Shown here one piece after another: positions 10,470 to 18,694 of a stretch of DNA of 20,482 nucleotides. The stretch lies in IMG/VR virus record IMGVR_UViG_3300025128_007994. One strand, written 5' to 3'. The position numbers were made by a program, and so were the translations under genes. The notes beneath the pieces are model-generated. The model was not told the origin of the DNA, did not search any database, and saw only the letters and a list, made by a program, of their open reading frames with translations. The DNA is from a virus. Numbering within the stretch: position 1 is the stretch's first letter; every line of letters starts with the position of its first letter.

Positions 10470-11042
10470 ATGGTTTTAGGTGTCGATATAAGTACCAGTA
10501 TCACAGGCTTCGCCGTGGTTGCTGATGAGCAAATAGTTTATTATGATTCAATTGATTTGCGTAAACACAAAGGCGTCTTTGAAAAGACAGTCGCAATCAA
10601 AGAAAAGATACTTGATTTATATGAGATGTATCAATGCAATAACGAAGATGTCCTTGCATTCGGGCATTCACAGTTTCCGATAGAGCATATTTATATTGAA
10701 CAGTCACTTCACATGTTCATGGGCGGCAAATCGTCTGCAAAAACATTATCTCTTCTCACAAGATTCAATGGCATTGTGTCATGGCTTCTTTATGAAACTT
10801 TTGAAATCGAGCCAAAGTTTATTGGTGCAAGCAGCGCCCGCAAAGAAGCAGGCATTAAAGTTCCCCGCGGCCAAAAGGCAAAGCAAGTTGTGTTAGAGCA
10901 CTTACTGGAAACAGAACCGGCCTTCAAAATAGAATATACCAAGCACGGAAATCCTAAGCCTGAATCCTACGATCGGGCCGATGCTATTATAATTGCAAAA
11001 GCCGGCGCCGCGATAGAAGAAAGAGGTGAATGTGAAGTATAG
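10470..11042 (+). CDS. ruvC: RuvC-like Holliday junction resolvase
   Basis: RNase H-fold acidic tetrad pattern: LGVDISTSITGFAV (D), IYIEQ (E), YDRADA (D..D). Confidence 0.85.
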   Translation: MVLGVDISTSITGFAVVADEQIVYYDSIDLRKHKGVFEKTVAIKEKILDLYEMYQCNNEDVLAFGHSQFPIEHIYIEQSLHMFMGGKSSAKTLSLLTRFNGIVSWLLYETFEIEPKFIGASSARKEAGIKVPRGQKAKQVVLEHLLETEPAFKIEYTKHGNPKPESYDRADAIIIAKAGAAIEERGECEV

Positions 11043-11754
11043 AATTAAAGGTGCAAAGGTGGCACCACCTTTACGCGCTCCGGATCCCGATACCGAGTCG
11101 ATGGTATCTCAACAAAGGCTTACATATAGTAATTTTCCCGCTGCTGGCCAAGGCGAAGACCTCGATGGCCACTGGAATTTAAAGGAAGATTATGAACAAA
11201 GAGTAAAAAACTTTCTCGAACAGAGGTTATTAATTAAACCAGGGTCGCTTGATATGGCGGTAGACATCGGTAGCCTAAACGGAAAGTGGGAAGGTCTCTT
11301 GTTCGAATACTGTGATAAAGTAACCTGTGTCGATATCTTCTCCGACAGGTTCGACACGATCAGAGAGAGATACCCCGACAAAGTAAAAGCAAAGAAGATA
11401 TATTTCTATGAAACATTGGGATATGAACTCAGTGGGCTTCTTGATCGAAGCGTTGATTTTGTTTTTTCACTAGATTCTTTGACGAATGCGGCGCCATTAA
11501 TGTTAGATTTATATCTAAAAGAAATACATCGAGTTCTAAAACCTGGCGCCATCGCCGTCATTCATGTTGACACCAGATCTGCCGCCGAGATTATCTCCGG
11601 TACCCTTAAATCAGAATTGTTTTTACGGACTTTGGAATGGCATGGGTTTACAACTATTGATGTTACTGACCTTAATGATCATCGAAGTCACATAACCCAT
11701 GGGAAACCATTACAACGCGGCCTTCTTTATGCATTTCAAAAACCACTGTCATAG
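11026..11754 (+). CDS. Class I SAM-dependent methyltransferase
   Basis: Motif I-like AVDIGSLNGKW, acidic strand VTCVDI, SVDFVFS, and LKEIHRVLKPGAIAVI. The start is GTG 11026 or GTG 11032. Confidence 0.8.
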   Translation: MNVKYRIKGAKVAPPLRAPDPDTESMVSQQRLTYSNFPAAGQGEDLDGHWNLKEDYEQRVKNFLEQRLLIKPGSLDMAVDIGSLNGKWEGLLFEYCDKVTCVDIFSDRFDTIRERYPDKVKAKKIYFYETLGYELSGLLDRSVDFVFSLDSLTNAAPLMLDLYLKEIHRVLKPGAIAVIHVDTRSAAEIISGTLKSELFLRTLEWHGFTTIDVTDLNDHRSHITHGKPLQRGLLYAFQKPLS

Positions 11755-11780
11755 ACAGAATAAAAAGATACAGAAAAGGC

Positions 11781-11809
11781 TTGACACTTGTTGAAAAGTG
11801 TATTATATT
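11781..11809 (+). promoter_or_regulatory. Sigma70-type promoter
   Basis: TTGACA (11781-86), 17-bp spacer, TATATT (11804-09); AGGAG RBS before ATG 11842. Confidence 0.8.
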
Positions 11810-11841
11810 AATAGAGTAAATTTCATTACAAAACAGGAGAT

Positions 11842-12288
11842 ATGATGAAAGTAGAAAACGGAAACAACGTCAGTGTGCACTACCGCGGCACCCTGAGTGA
11901 CGGGACAGAATTTGATAATTCAAAAACTCGCGGGGAGGCCTTGAATTTTCAAGTCGGCTCGGGAATGATGATTCCAGGGTTTGACAGCGCATTAGTGGGT
12001 ATGTCTGCAGGCGAGACAAAGAGCATTTCTTTAAGTGCGGATGATGCATATGGTGAGCGCGTTGATGACGCAGTACAGACCGTGCCAAAGTCTGCTTTCG
12101 GCGAGGGATTTGAATTTCTTGTAGGAGAGGTTGTACAAGGCAACGGCCCACGTGGCCCATTTATGGCAAAGATTCAAGAAGAAAGAGACGAAGACGTTCT
12201 TTTAGACTTTAACCACCCACTCGCCGGCGAAGAGCTTAACTTTGAGATTGAGTTGGTTTCGGTGAATGACGAAGCGTCTACATCATAG
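11842..12288 (+). CDS. slyD: FKBP-type peptidyl-prolyl cis-trans isomerase, SlyD/SlpA-like (FKBP + insert-in-flap domain, no His-rich tail)
   Basis: VSVHYRGTLSDGTEFD, MIPGFDSALVGM, AYGE and DFNHPLAGEELNFEIELV are SlyD/SlpA signature segments. Confidence 0.92.
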   Translation: MMKVENGNNVSVHYRGTLSDGTEFDNSKTRGEALNFQVGSGMMIPGFDSALVGMSAGETKSISLSADDAYGERVDDAVQTVPKSAFGEGFEFLVGEVVQGNGPRGPFMAKIQEERDEDVLLDFNHPLAGEELNFEIELVSVNDEASTS

Positions 12289-12308
12289 TAGGCGCCCACA
12301 TCTGATAG

Positions 12309-12343
12309 ACGGCTCTCTATTTTTTATAGAGGGCCGTTTTTTT
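12309..12343 (+). terminator. Rho-independent terminator
   Basis: Stem ACGGCTCTCTAT / ATAGAGGGCCGT (12 bp with one G-U pair), TTTTT loop, followed by a T run. Confidence 0.85.
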
Positions 12344-12344
12344 A

Positions 12345-12373
12345 TTGACTTTAGTACTCCCGTGTGTTACCTT
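12345..12373 (+). promoter_or_regulatory. Sigma70-type promoter with extended -10
   Basis: TTGACT (12345-50), 17-bp spacer, TG-n-TACCTT (-10 at 12368-73); GAGG before ATG 12388. Confidence 0.65.
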
Positions 12374-12387
12374 AAGAACGAGGGCGT

Positions 12388-13326
12388 ATGAATAAGAAAG
12401 AGGCAAAGAAGATATTACATGAAACGCTTGGAAACAGCATTGACAAAGGAAACGAGTTACTTTTCTCGTGTCCTTCGTGCAATCACCACAAGCGTAAGTT
12501 CTCTGTTAACTTGGATAAGCATGTTTATAAGTGTTGGATTTGCGATTATCGCGGTCGTAATATTAGGCGTATTATTAGGCGCTATGGTTCTTATCTGCAA
12601 CTACAGAAATGGGACGCAATATCAGGCAGAAGTGATCTTGAGAAATTTGCTGACCTCTTTATGGAAACAGAGCGTCGAGAAGACAAAGAAAAAGTGGAAC
12701 TCCCAGAAGAGTTCACAAGCCTCTCATCCAACAGCACACCAGCCACCGGCACGTATGCCTACCGATATCTCCAGAAAAGAGGACTAACCAAGGCTGACAT
12801 TCTCAAGTGGAAGATCGGTTATTGCTTTAGTGGCGAGTATCGCAATAGGATTATTATTCCTTCTTTCGCCGAGAATGGCGATTGTAGCTACTTTATAGCA
12901 AGATCCTATACTGGGGACTCCTACAAGTACAAAAACCCGAGAGCGTCGAAGGACGTGGTCTTCAACGACCTATTTGTAGATTGGACTGCTGACTTAATAT
13001 TAGTAGAGGGAGTTTTCGATGCCATCGTCGCCGGAAATGCTGTTCCTATTCTAGGCTCCACTTTGCGGCCAAGCTCTGATTTGTTGCGTAAAATTGTATT
13101 TAATGACACTCCGGTTTACATTGCCCTTGATCCAGACGCAAGAAAAAAAGAAAACAAGATCATTCAAATGCTTCTTAGATATGACATTGAGCTTTACAAA
13201 ATAGATGTGTCGGGATATGAGGACGTCGGGTCGATGCCGAAAGAGGTGTTCCAACAAAGAAAGATAAACGCTTCCTTTATTGATGCAGACAACTATTTAC
13301 TGGTGAATTTGTTATCAGCAATATGA
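12388..13326 (+). CDS. DNA primase (Zn-finger + TOPRIM, DnaG/T4 gp61-like)
   Basis: CPSC...CWIC zinc ribbon, YLQKRGL, RIIIP, KYKNP, LVEGVFDA and ALDPD TOPRIM motifs. Confidence 0.9.
   Translation: MNKKEAKKILHETLGNSIDKGNELLFSCPSCNHHKRKFSVNLDKHVYKCWICDYRGRNIRRIIRRYGSYLQLQKWDAISGRSDLEKFADLFMETERREDKEKVELPEEFTSLSSNSTPATGTYAYRYLQKRGLTKADILKWKIGYCFSGEYRNRIIIPSFAENGDCSYFIARSYTGDSYKYKNPRASKDVVFNDLFVDWTADLILVEGVFDAIVAGNAVPILGSTLRPSSDLLRKIVFNDTPVYIALDPDARKKENKIIQMLLRYDIELYKIDVSGYEDVGSMPKEVFQQRKINASFIDADNYLLVNLLSAI
13292..13300 (+). promoter_or_regulatory. Candidate late-promoter motif ACTATTTAC
   Basis: Lies within the primase 3' end, 35 nt before ATG 13336. Confidence 0.4.
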
Positions 13327-13335
13327 GGAATAAGC

Positions 13336-14031
13336 ATGAAAATCAGCAAAAAAGATCTTAAAGAGATAATCAAAGAAGAAATCGAAGCGACATTGACCGA
13401 GGAATTCGGAGATGACGCGCCCTTCCGCGCACGCGATATGGTACCGCCAAAGGTTCGTGGAAAGCTTAAAGACACATTTACTAAGATACCCAACCCAGAT
13501 CTAGAGAAGCGCAGCGCCGAAAGAAAACCTGACGCTCAAGAAAAAGCTGCATGGAAAGCCGCCGGCGGCGCCCTTAGTGTTTTTGACAAGCCAACGATAG
13601 CCCAATTTCTTGAAGACGCAGGCCTTAATATATCTCTAGAAAAATATATGGATAATATAAAGTTGGCTGTTGAAAACGATCGTTTGGGGCGCCAAATCGT
13701 CTCTCTCGTCGATGCACTGGCGTTGGCTAATAAGACAGGCTCTCGACGCGGCCACTTAAAAACCGCCAAGAAAAAATCCAGTAAGCCGCCACAATTTACA
13801 AGAGAAGCTGTAACATCGATGGAAGAAATAATTGCCGAAGAGATCGAAGTCTTAATGGCTGAGGACGACGATTGGATTCAGAAAGCAGTTGATCCCGAGC
13901 ACGAAGGCGATTGCACTCCGATGACAAAGAAAACCTGCACGCCGGCGCGTAAGGCTCTCGCCAAGAGATTCAAGAAAGCCGCGAAGAAGAAAGAAAAGCA
14001 AGGTGGAACAGGCTGGCAAGGAAAGGTCTGA
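13336..14031 (+). CDS. Hypothetical protein with MKI-x-K-x-x-L-x-x-IIKEE leader; candidate internal head protein
   Basis: GAGGA RBS; leader MKISKKDLKEIIKEEIEATLTEE; internal repeat MEEIIAEEIEVLMAE; very basic C-terminal module. Confidence 0.65.
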   Translation: MKISKKDLKEIIKEEIEATLTEEFGDDAPFRARDMVPPKVRGKLKDTFTKIPNPDLEKRSAERKPDAQEKAAWKAAGGALSVFDKPTIAQFLEDAGLNISLEKYMDNIKLAVENDRLGRQIVSLVDALALANKTGSRRGHLKTAKKKSSKPPQFTREAVTSMEEIIAEEIEVLMAEDDDWIQKAVDPEHEGDCTPMTKKTCTPARKALAKRFKKAAKKKEKQGGTGWQGKV

Positions 14032-14837
14032 TGAGAATAGCTGAATCTAAACTTCGGCAAGTCATCCGCGAAGAAGTCGAACTCCGTATTGTTAAACAGA
14101 CGATTACGGAGGTTGTTCGTGAGATGAATATGGAACTCACAGAAGAACAAAGGATGCTTCTTGAGCAAAGTGTCTTGGACGCGATAAAGTCGGCCGCAGC
14201 CAAAGCAGCGCTGCCGATTGCAGTTATGGCTGCATTGGCGTTCGGTAGTCAAGTAGCATCGAATGTTTACGATCTACAGGGCGTTGGCGTTACGCCCGCC
14301 GCGGCCGAACAGATACAGAATGCTTTTGATGCTAGCCAAAACATGTCAGATGCCAGAGCCGATTTCATTCAGAATGCTATTGACGCCAGCGGCCGCGAAG
14401 GCGAGATACCTGCAGACTTAGAAAAAGGTGTCGGTGCTGACGACGCTAAAGACATTGCAATGGATCGCCTTGAGGCTGAGTTTGCATCTGTGGGCGATAT
14501 TGAGAGCACCGGCCAAGCACAACGAACGGCAAATGGTTATCAATATATCGCTTACGTTCCGTACGACTCGTTACCTGATGGATACAAGGATACTTTTACA
14601 AGAGGCGCCGAAAAAGAAGATCTGAAACAGTATTACCAAACGATGGAAATTCAAGACTTAGCAGATTTAGTGAGGGACTTCAACAAGTGGGGCTCCGAAG
14701 GTCAAGGCGACTTCTATGACTCATCGACGAGTACTCAACTCCTCCCGTCATCCTGGTCGATAGCTTATAAGGCATTACAGGACAAAAACGCTGAACGCAG
14801 CGCCAAGGGCAAAAATACTTTTAAAGAAAACGCTTGA
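14031..14837 (+). CDS. Hypothetical protein with related leader; candidate internal head protein
   Basis: TGATG coupling; leader MRIAESKLRQVIREEVE; hydrophobic Ala-rich segment AAAKAALPIAVMAALAFG. Confidence 0.65.
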   Translation: MRIAESKLRQVIREEVELRIVKQTITEVVREMNMELTEEQRMLLEQSVLDAIKSAAAKAALPIAVMAALAFGSQVASNVYDLQGVGVTPAAAEQIQNAFDASQNMSDARADFIQNAIDASGREGEIPADLEKGVGADDAKDIAMDRLEAEFASVGDIESTGQAQRTANGYQYIAYVPYDSLPDGYKDTFTRGAEKEDLKQYYQTMEIQDLADLVRDFNKWGSEGQGDFYDSSTSTQLLPSSWSIAYKALQDKNAERSAKGKNTFKENA

Positions 14838-14862
14838 CAGCGCGCCCCTAGGGTGATATAGT
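14834..14862 (+). promoter_or_regulatory. Sigma70-type promoter with extended -10
   Basis: TTGACA (14834-39, overlapping the TGA stop), 17-bp spacer, TG-n-TATAGT (-10 at 14857-62). Confidence 0.8.
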
Positions 14863-14883
14863 ACATGTACAGGGGAGGCATGT

Positions 14884-14979
14884 ATGCTTAGCTTTACTAT
14901 TGATACGCTTACGAAGGCAATTTTCATCTATACGTCATGGTATGGATTTAGTGTTCTCGCCTGGATGATGTTAAACTAG
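14884..14979 (+). CDS. Small hydrophobic protein (31 aa), possible single-pass membrane peptide
   Basis: GGAGG at 14874-78, 5 nt before ATG. Translates to MLSFTIDTLTKAIFIYTSWYGFSVLAWMMLN. Its TAG overlaps the AGGAG RBS of the next gene. Not in the ORF track. Confidence 0.6.
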   Translation: MLSFTIDTLTKAIFIYTSWYGFSVLAWMMLN

Positions 14980-14987
14980 GAGTTTTT

Positions 14988-17900
14988 GTGAGCATTAAGA
15001 TTGCACATGTATCGGATATTCATGTCCGAAAATTGAAGTACCATAAGGAATACCGCGCGGTATTTGAACAGTTATATGAAAAGTTGAAAGAAGAAAAGCC
15101 CGATATTATTGTTAATACTGGCGACACCTTTCACACTAAACTTGATTTGAGTCCCGAGGCGATTCGTATGATGAGTGACCTGTTTGCCAATCTGGCAGAC
15201 ATTGCACCTTATTATATGATTCTCGGTAACCACGACATGAACCTAAAAAACAGCGGCCGCTTAGATGCGCTTAGCCCGATTGTCGACAACCTAAGTCACC
15301 CTAACTTGCATTTCCATAAACATTCAGAAGTCATTGAAGTGGCTGACGGTATTGATTTGCACGTACTATCTATTGTAGATCCAGAGAACTGGCAAGAGAC
15401 GTTGCCGGCGGATCGAGTCAATATTGCCTTGTATCATGGTTCGGTCGTTGGTTCTGTTACTGACACTGGCTGGATGATGACTCATGGAGATATCGATTTA
15501 GACACAGTAGAAAAATACGACTATGCTTTACTTGGCGACATTCATAAAACTGATCAAAAGGTGGACAAGGCCGGCCGCGCGCGCTATCCGGGATCTCTGG
15601 TACAACAGAACCATGGCGAAAGCAATGATAAGGGTTACCTTATTTGGGAAATTGAAGATAAAAATGAATGGTCTACTCGCCACGTTTCGCTTACGAATCC
15701 AAAGCCTTTCATCACGATTGAGCTTACTCGTAAGGGACGAATGCCAAAGAATGTTTCTGTTCCGCTTGGTGCTCGCCTTCGTCTCGTTAGTAATAACAAT
15801 CTTCCGTTAGACATCATGAAGCGCGCAGTAGACATTGCGAAGCATAGATTCAAGCCCGAGAGCATCTCGTTTCTCAATAGGGCATCAGGAGATCGTGGCA
15901 GTGTCGAAGGCCTCGCTGATGGTCTTAAAACTGAAAACCTTAGGGATATTGAGGTGCAAGAAGAATTGATTGACGAATACCTTGCAGGCTATGAAGCAAC
16001 GCCAGAGACATTAGAAAAGGTGTTTGAATTAAATAAAAAATACAATAAGATGGTTGAAGATAACGAGGACATCTCACGAAATATCAATTGGAAATTAAAG
16101 TCTTTTGGCTTTGATAACTTGTTCAACTATGGCGAAGACAACAATATAAACTTTGAAGAACTTAGTGGCATCGTTGGCGTCTTTGGCAAAAACTTCTCCG
16201 GAAAGAGTAGCATTATCGATGCGGTGCTTTGGACTATGTTTAATTCGACATCTAAGAATGAGCGCAAAAACATCAATGTCATTAATCAAAATAAAGATTG
16301 TGCCGCCGGCCAGATTGAAATTGAGATCGGAGACAGGCTTTATAAAATTGAAAGAACCGCATCCAAGTACATTAAGCGTCTTAAGGGAGAGGAAACGAAT
16401 GAGGCAAAGACTGAACTGAACTTTGAGGTATTTGATAAAGTGATGGGTGAGACAACATCACTTAATGGCCTTACCCGTACTCAGACGGATGCGAATATTC
16501 GCAAGCATTTCGGAACACTCGATGACTTTTCAGTATCGTCGTTATCGTCCCAGCATGGCGCCCTGGCTTTTATTGATGAAGGGTCAACGCGCCGCAAGGA
16601 AATTATAGCGAAGTTCTTGGACTTGGAATTGTTTGAACAAAAGTTTAAGTTATCTAAAGAAGATTCTGTAGACCTTAAGGGCGCCCTCAAAAGACTCAGT
16701 ACCCGAAACTATGATGATGAAATTCTCAGCGCCCAGCAGGAATTGATACAGACACGCGAAGATCTCCATCACCAACAGGATAAGTGTGATAGTCTGAAGG
16801 GCGGCTTGTCTACACTGATGACTCAGTGTGCAGACACGCAGGCAAAAATAGATTCGATCCCTGCAGAAGTTATAGATATTGCTGCGATAAATAATGAGAT
16901 TAGAACCAAGGAAAACCAAACTACTGCTCTTAAGATCAAGATTGGTGATGGCGAAAAAGAACTCAAAACCAAACAAGGGGTTTACAAAAAGGTCGTTGAT
17001 TTCCTGCAAGAATTTGAGTTGGAGAAATATGAGACCTTGAGAGAAAAGATAGGCACCCATAGGGAAAGTTTAAAGCAACAAGAAGATAGTCTTGACAAAT
17101 TGTTAGATGCTCACGGCGATATTTTAAAGAAAGAAAAGTTGCTGCAAGAACATGAGTATGATCCAGAGTGCAAATACTGTTGTGAGAATGAGTTTGTCAA
17201 AGAGGCCCACGACGCGGTTACCATGAAATCGTCTGTTGAGGCAGAGCAAAAAGATGCCCTGAGATACATAGAGCGAATCTCGCGAGAAATAAAAACATTA
17301 AATCCTCAAGAAGTTGAAATACAACTGGAGAAATATGAAAATGTGCAAAAGAGCAAGCATAGCGTCTCCTCTGCTATCGCTGATTTAAATCTTGAGATTG
17401 AAAGAAACAAGAACTCCATACACACAATTGACGTGCAAATGGCCACCCTGCGATCAGCGAGAGATGAGTACGAACAAAACAAAGAAGCTATAGAAAATCT
17501 TGAAGCTCTGATATCTCAATTGAATAAGTGTCAGTTCGAAATAAAGAAAGCAAACAGCGGAATAGAAAAGTGTGAAAAACTAACCTTGGATTTTGTTAAA
17601 TCAGTGGGCTCCCTTGAGCAAAAAACAGAAAACCTTGTAAGCCAGAAAAAAGAATACATAGAACTTCAAAGAGAGTTTGCTGCATATGACTTATATATGC
17701 AATGTATGCACTCAAATGGAATTGCCTATGATATTATCAAAAAGAAGATTCCAGTAATCAATGAAGAAATTGCAAAGGTCCTTGCCAATATTGTAGACTT
17801 TGAAATCTTTTTTGAGGCATCTGGAAATAAATTTGATATTTTTATTAAGCATCCACAATATGATGAACGACCGATTGAAATGGCCTCCGGAGCAGAAAAG

Positions 17901-18155
17901 TCTTTGTCTGCAATCGCTATCCGTCTTGCACTTTTGGGTGTTTCGTCACTACCAACTGGAGACATATTTGTTCTTGACGAGCCGGGCACCGCACTTGACG
18001 AGGAAAATATGGAGGGTTTTATTCGGATCTTGGAACTAATTAAAGTGTATTTTAAGAACGTTTTGTTGATCTCTCACCTTGATTCGCTCAAAGATTGTGT
18101 TGACATGCAAATCGTGATTGAAAAGAAAGACGGATACGCAAGAGTAAATCAATAG
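14988..18155 (+). CDS. Mre11-Rad50 (SbcD-SbcC; T4 gp47-gp46-like) fusion nuclease/ATPase
   Basis: N-terminal calcineurin-like phosphoesterase motifs (SDIH, TGD, GNHD, YHG, GDIH). Then Walker A GKNFSGKS, coiled coil with central CKYC zinc hook, signature ASGAEK, Walker B VLDEP and H-loop ISH, all in one uninterrupted frame. Confidence 0.92.
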   Translation: MSIKIAHVSDIHVRKLKYHKEYRAVFEQLYEKLKEEKPDIIVNTGDTFHTKLDLSPEAIRMMSDLFANLADIAPYYMILGNHDMNLKNSGRLDALSPIVDNLSHPNLHFHKHSEVIEVADGIDLHVLSIVDPENWQETLPADRVNIALYHGSVVGSVTDTGWMMTHGDIDLDTVEKYDYALLGDIHKTDQKVDKAGRARYPGSLVQQNHGESNDKGYLIWEIEDKNEWSTRHVSLTNPKPFITIELTRKGRMPKNVSVPLGARLRLVSNNNLPLDIMKRAVDIAKHRFKPESISFLNRASGDRGSVEGLADGLKTENLRDIEVQEELIDEYLAGYEATPETLEKVFELNKKYNKMVEDNEDISRNINWKLKSFGFDNLFNYGEDNNINFEELSGIVGVFGKNFSGKSSIIDAVLWTMFNSTSKNERKNINVINQNKDCAAGQIEIEIGDRLYKIERTASKYIKRLKGEETNEAKTELNFEVFDKVMGETTSLNGLTRTQTDANIRKHFGTLDDFSVSSLSSQHGALAFIDEGSTRRKEIIAKFLDLELFEQKFKLSKEDSVDLKGALKRLSTRNYDDEILSAQQELIQTREDLHHQQDKCDSLKGGLSTLMTQCADTQAKIDSIPAEVIDIAAINNEIRTKENQTTALKIKIGDGEKELKTKQGVYKKVVDFLQEFELEKYETLREKIGTHRESLKQQEDSLDKLLDAHGDILKKEKLLQEHEYDPECKYCCENEFVKEAHDAVTMKSSVEAEQKDALRYIERISREIKTLNPQEVEIQLEKYENVQKSKHSVSSAIADLNLEIERNKNSIHTIDVQMATLRSARDEYEQNKEAIENLEALISQLNKCQFEIKKANSGIEKCEKLTLDFVKSVGSLEQKTENLVSQKKEYIELQREFAAYDLYMQCMHSNGIAYDIIKKKIPVINEEIAKVLANIVDFEIFFEASGNKFDIFIKHPQYDERPIEMASGAEKSLSAIAIRLALLGVSSLPTGDIFVLDEPGTALDEENMEGFIRILELIKVYFKNVLLISHLDSLKDCVDMQIVIEKKDGYARVNQ
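18035..18043 (+). promoter_or_regulatory. Candidate late-promoter motif ACTAATTAA
   Basis: Lies within the 3' end of the Mre11-Rad50 gene, about 125 nt before GTG 18167. Confidence 0.3.
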
Positions 18156-18166
18156 GAGATATTACC

Positions 18167-18694
18167 GTGAAAATCACCAAGAGCGAGTTAACAGGACTCA
18201 TTAAAGAAGAAATTGAAGCAGCAATCGACGAGGGTTTTATGGACTCTATCAAGGGTGCTTTTGGCATGGGCGGCGGAGATGAAGCTCCAGCAGCCGATCC
18301 AATGGCAGATGTCCCAGAAGAAGAACGTGAGGATTATGAAGAATTCCGTTCTGGCAGTAGTGCTGGCTACTATAAATGGTCCCAAGCTCGCGGCCAGAAC
18401 TTCGACGATACGAGTTCGTATGAGGCTTATGAGGACTTCTTAAAGTGGAGAAGCAAATACGTGGCAGACTCCGAGCAAGAGCGCATGGCTCGATACGATA
18501 TTGATAAAGCTAAGCAGAATCGTCGTCGCTCTGGTTCATCATCCTCGTCGTCATCCTATAAACGCGACCGTTCGGACCCCACACGCGCGTCATCGGCCGT
18601 TGGTTCCTCCAATCTTGCTTACGGCGAATCCGTAGAGAAGATTAAAGATATCATCAGAGAAGTAATTCAAGAGATGAATAAGGAATCTAAGTAA
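18167..18694 (+). CDS. Hypothetical protein with MKITKSEL..LIKEE leader; candidate internal head protein
   Basis: AGGAG RBS and GTG start; leader MKITKSELTGLIKEEIEAAIDE; second motif copy at the C-terminus (IKDIIREVIQE). Confidence 0.65.
   Translation: MKITKSELTGLIKEEIEAAIDEGFMDSIKGAFGMGGGDEAPAADPMADVPEEEREDYEEFRSGSSAGYYKWSQARGQNFDDTSSYEAYEDFLKWRSKYVADSEQERMARYDIDKAKQNRRRSGSSSSSSSYKRDRSDPTRASSAVGSSNLAYGESVEKIKDIIREVIQEMNKESK

Noticed and set aside
10470-11042. RuvC domain as TnpB/Cas12 or a transposase
   Set aside because: Only 190 aa, with no zinc ribbon, no CRISPR repeats and no IS ends seen; it fits a standalone resolvase.
14988-18155. Eukaryotic giant-virus origin suggested by the Mre11-Rad50 fusion
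   Set aside because: Shine-Dalgarno sites, sigma70 promoters, an intrinsic terminator and overlapping stop/start codons indicate a bacterial host.
18520-18560. TCA/TCG/CGT triplet-like repeats
   Set aside because: They simply encode an Arg/Ser low-complexity tract; not a DNA-level repeat array.
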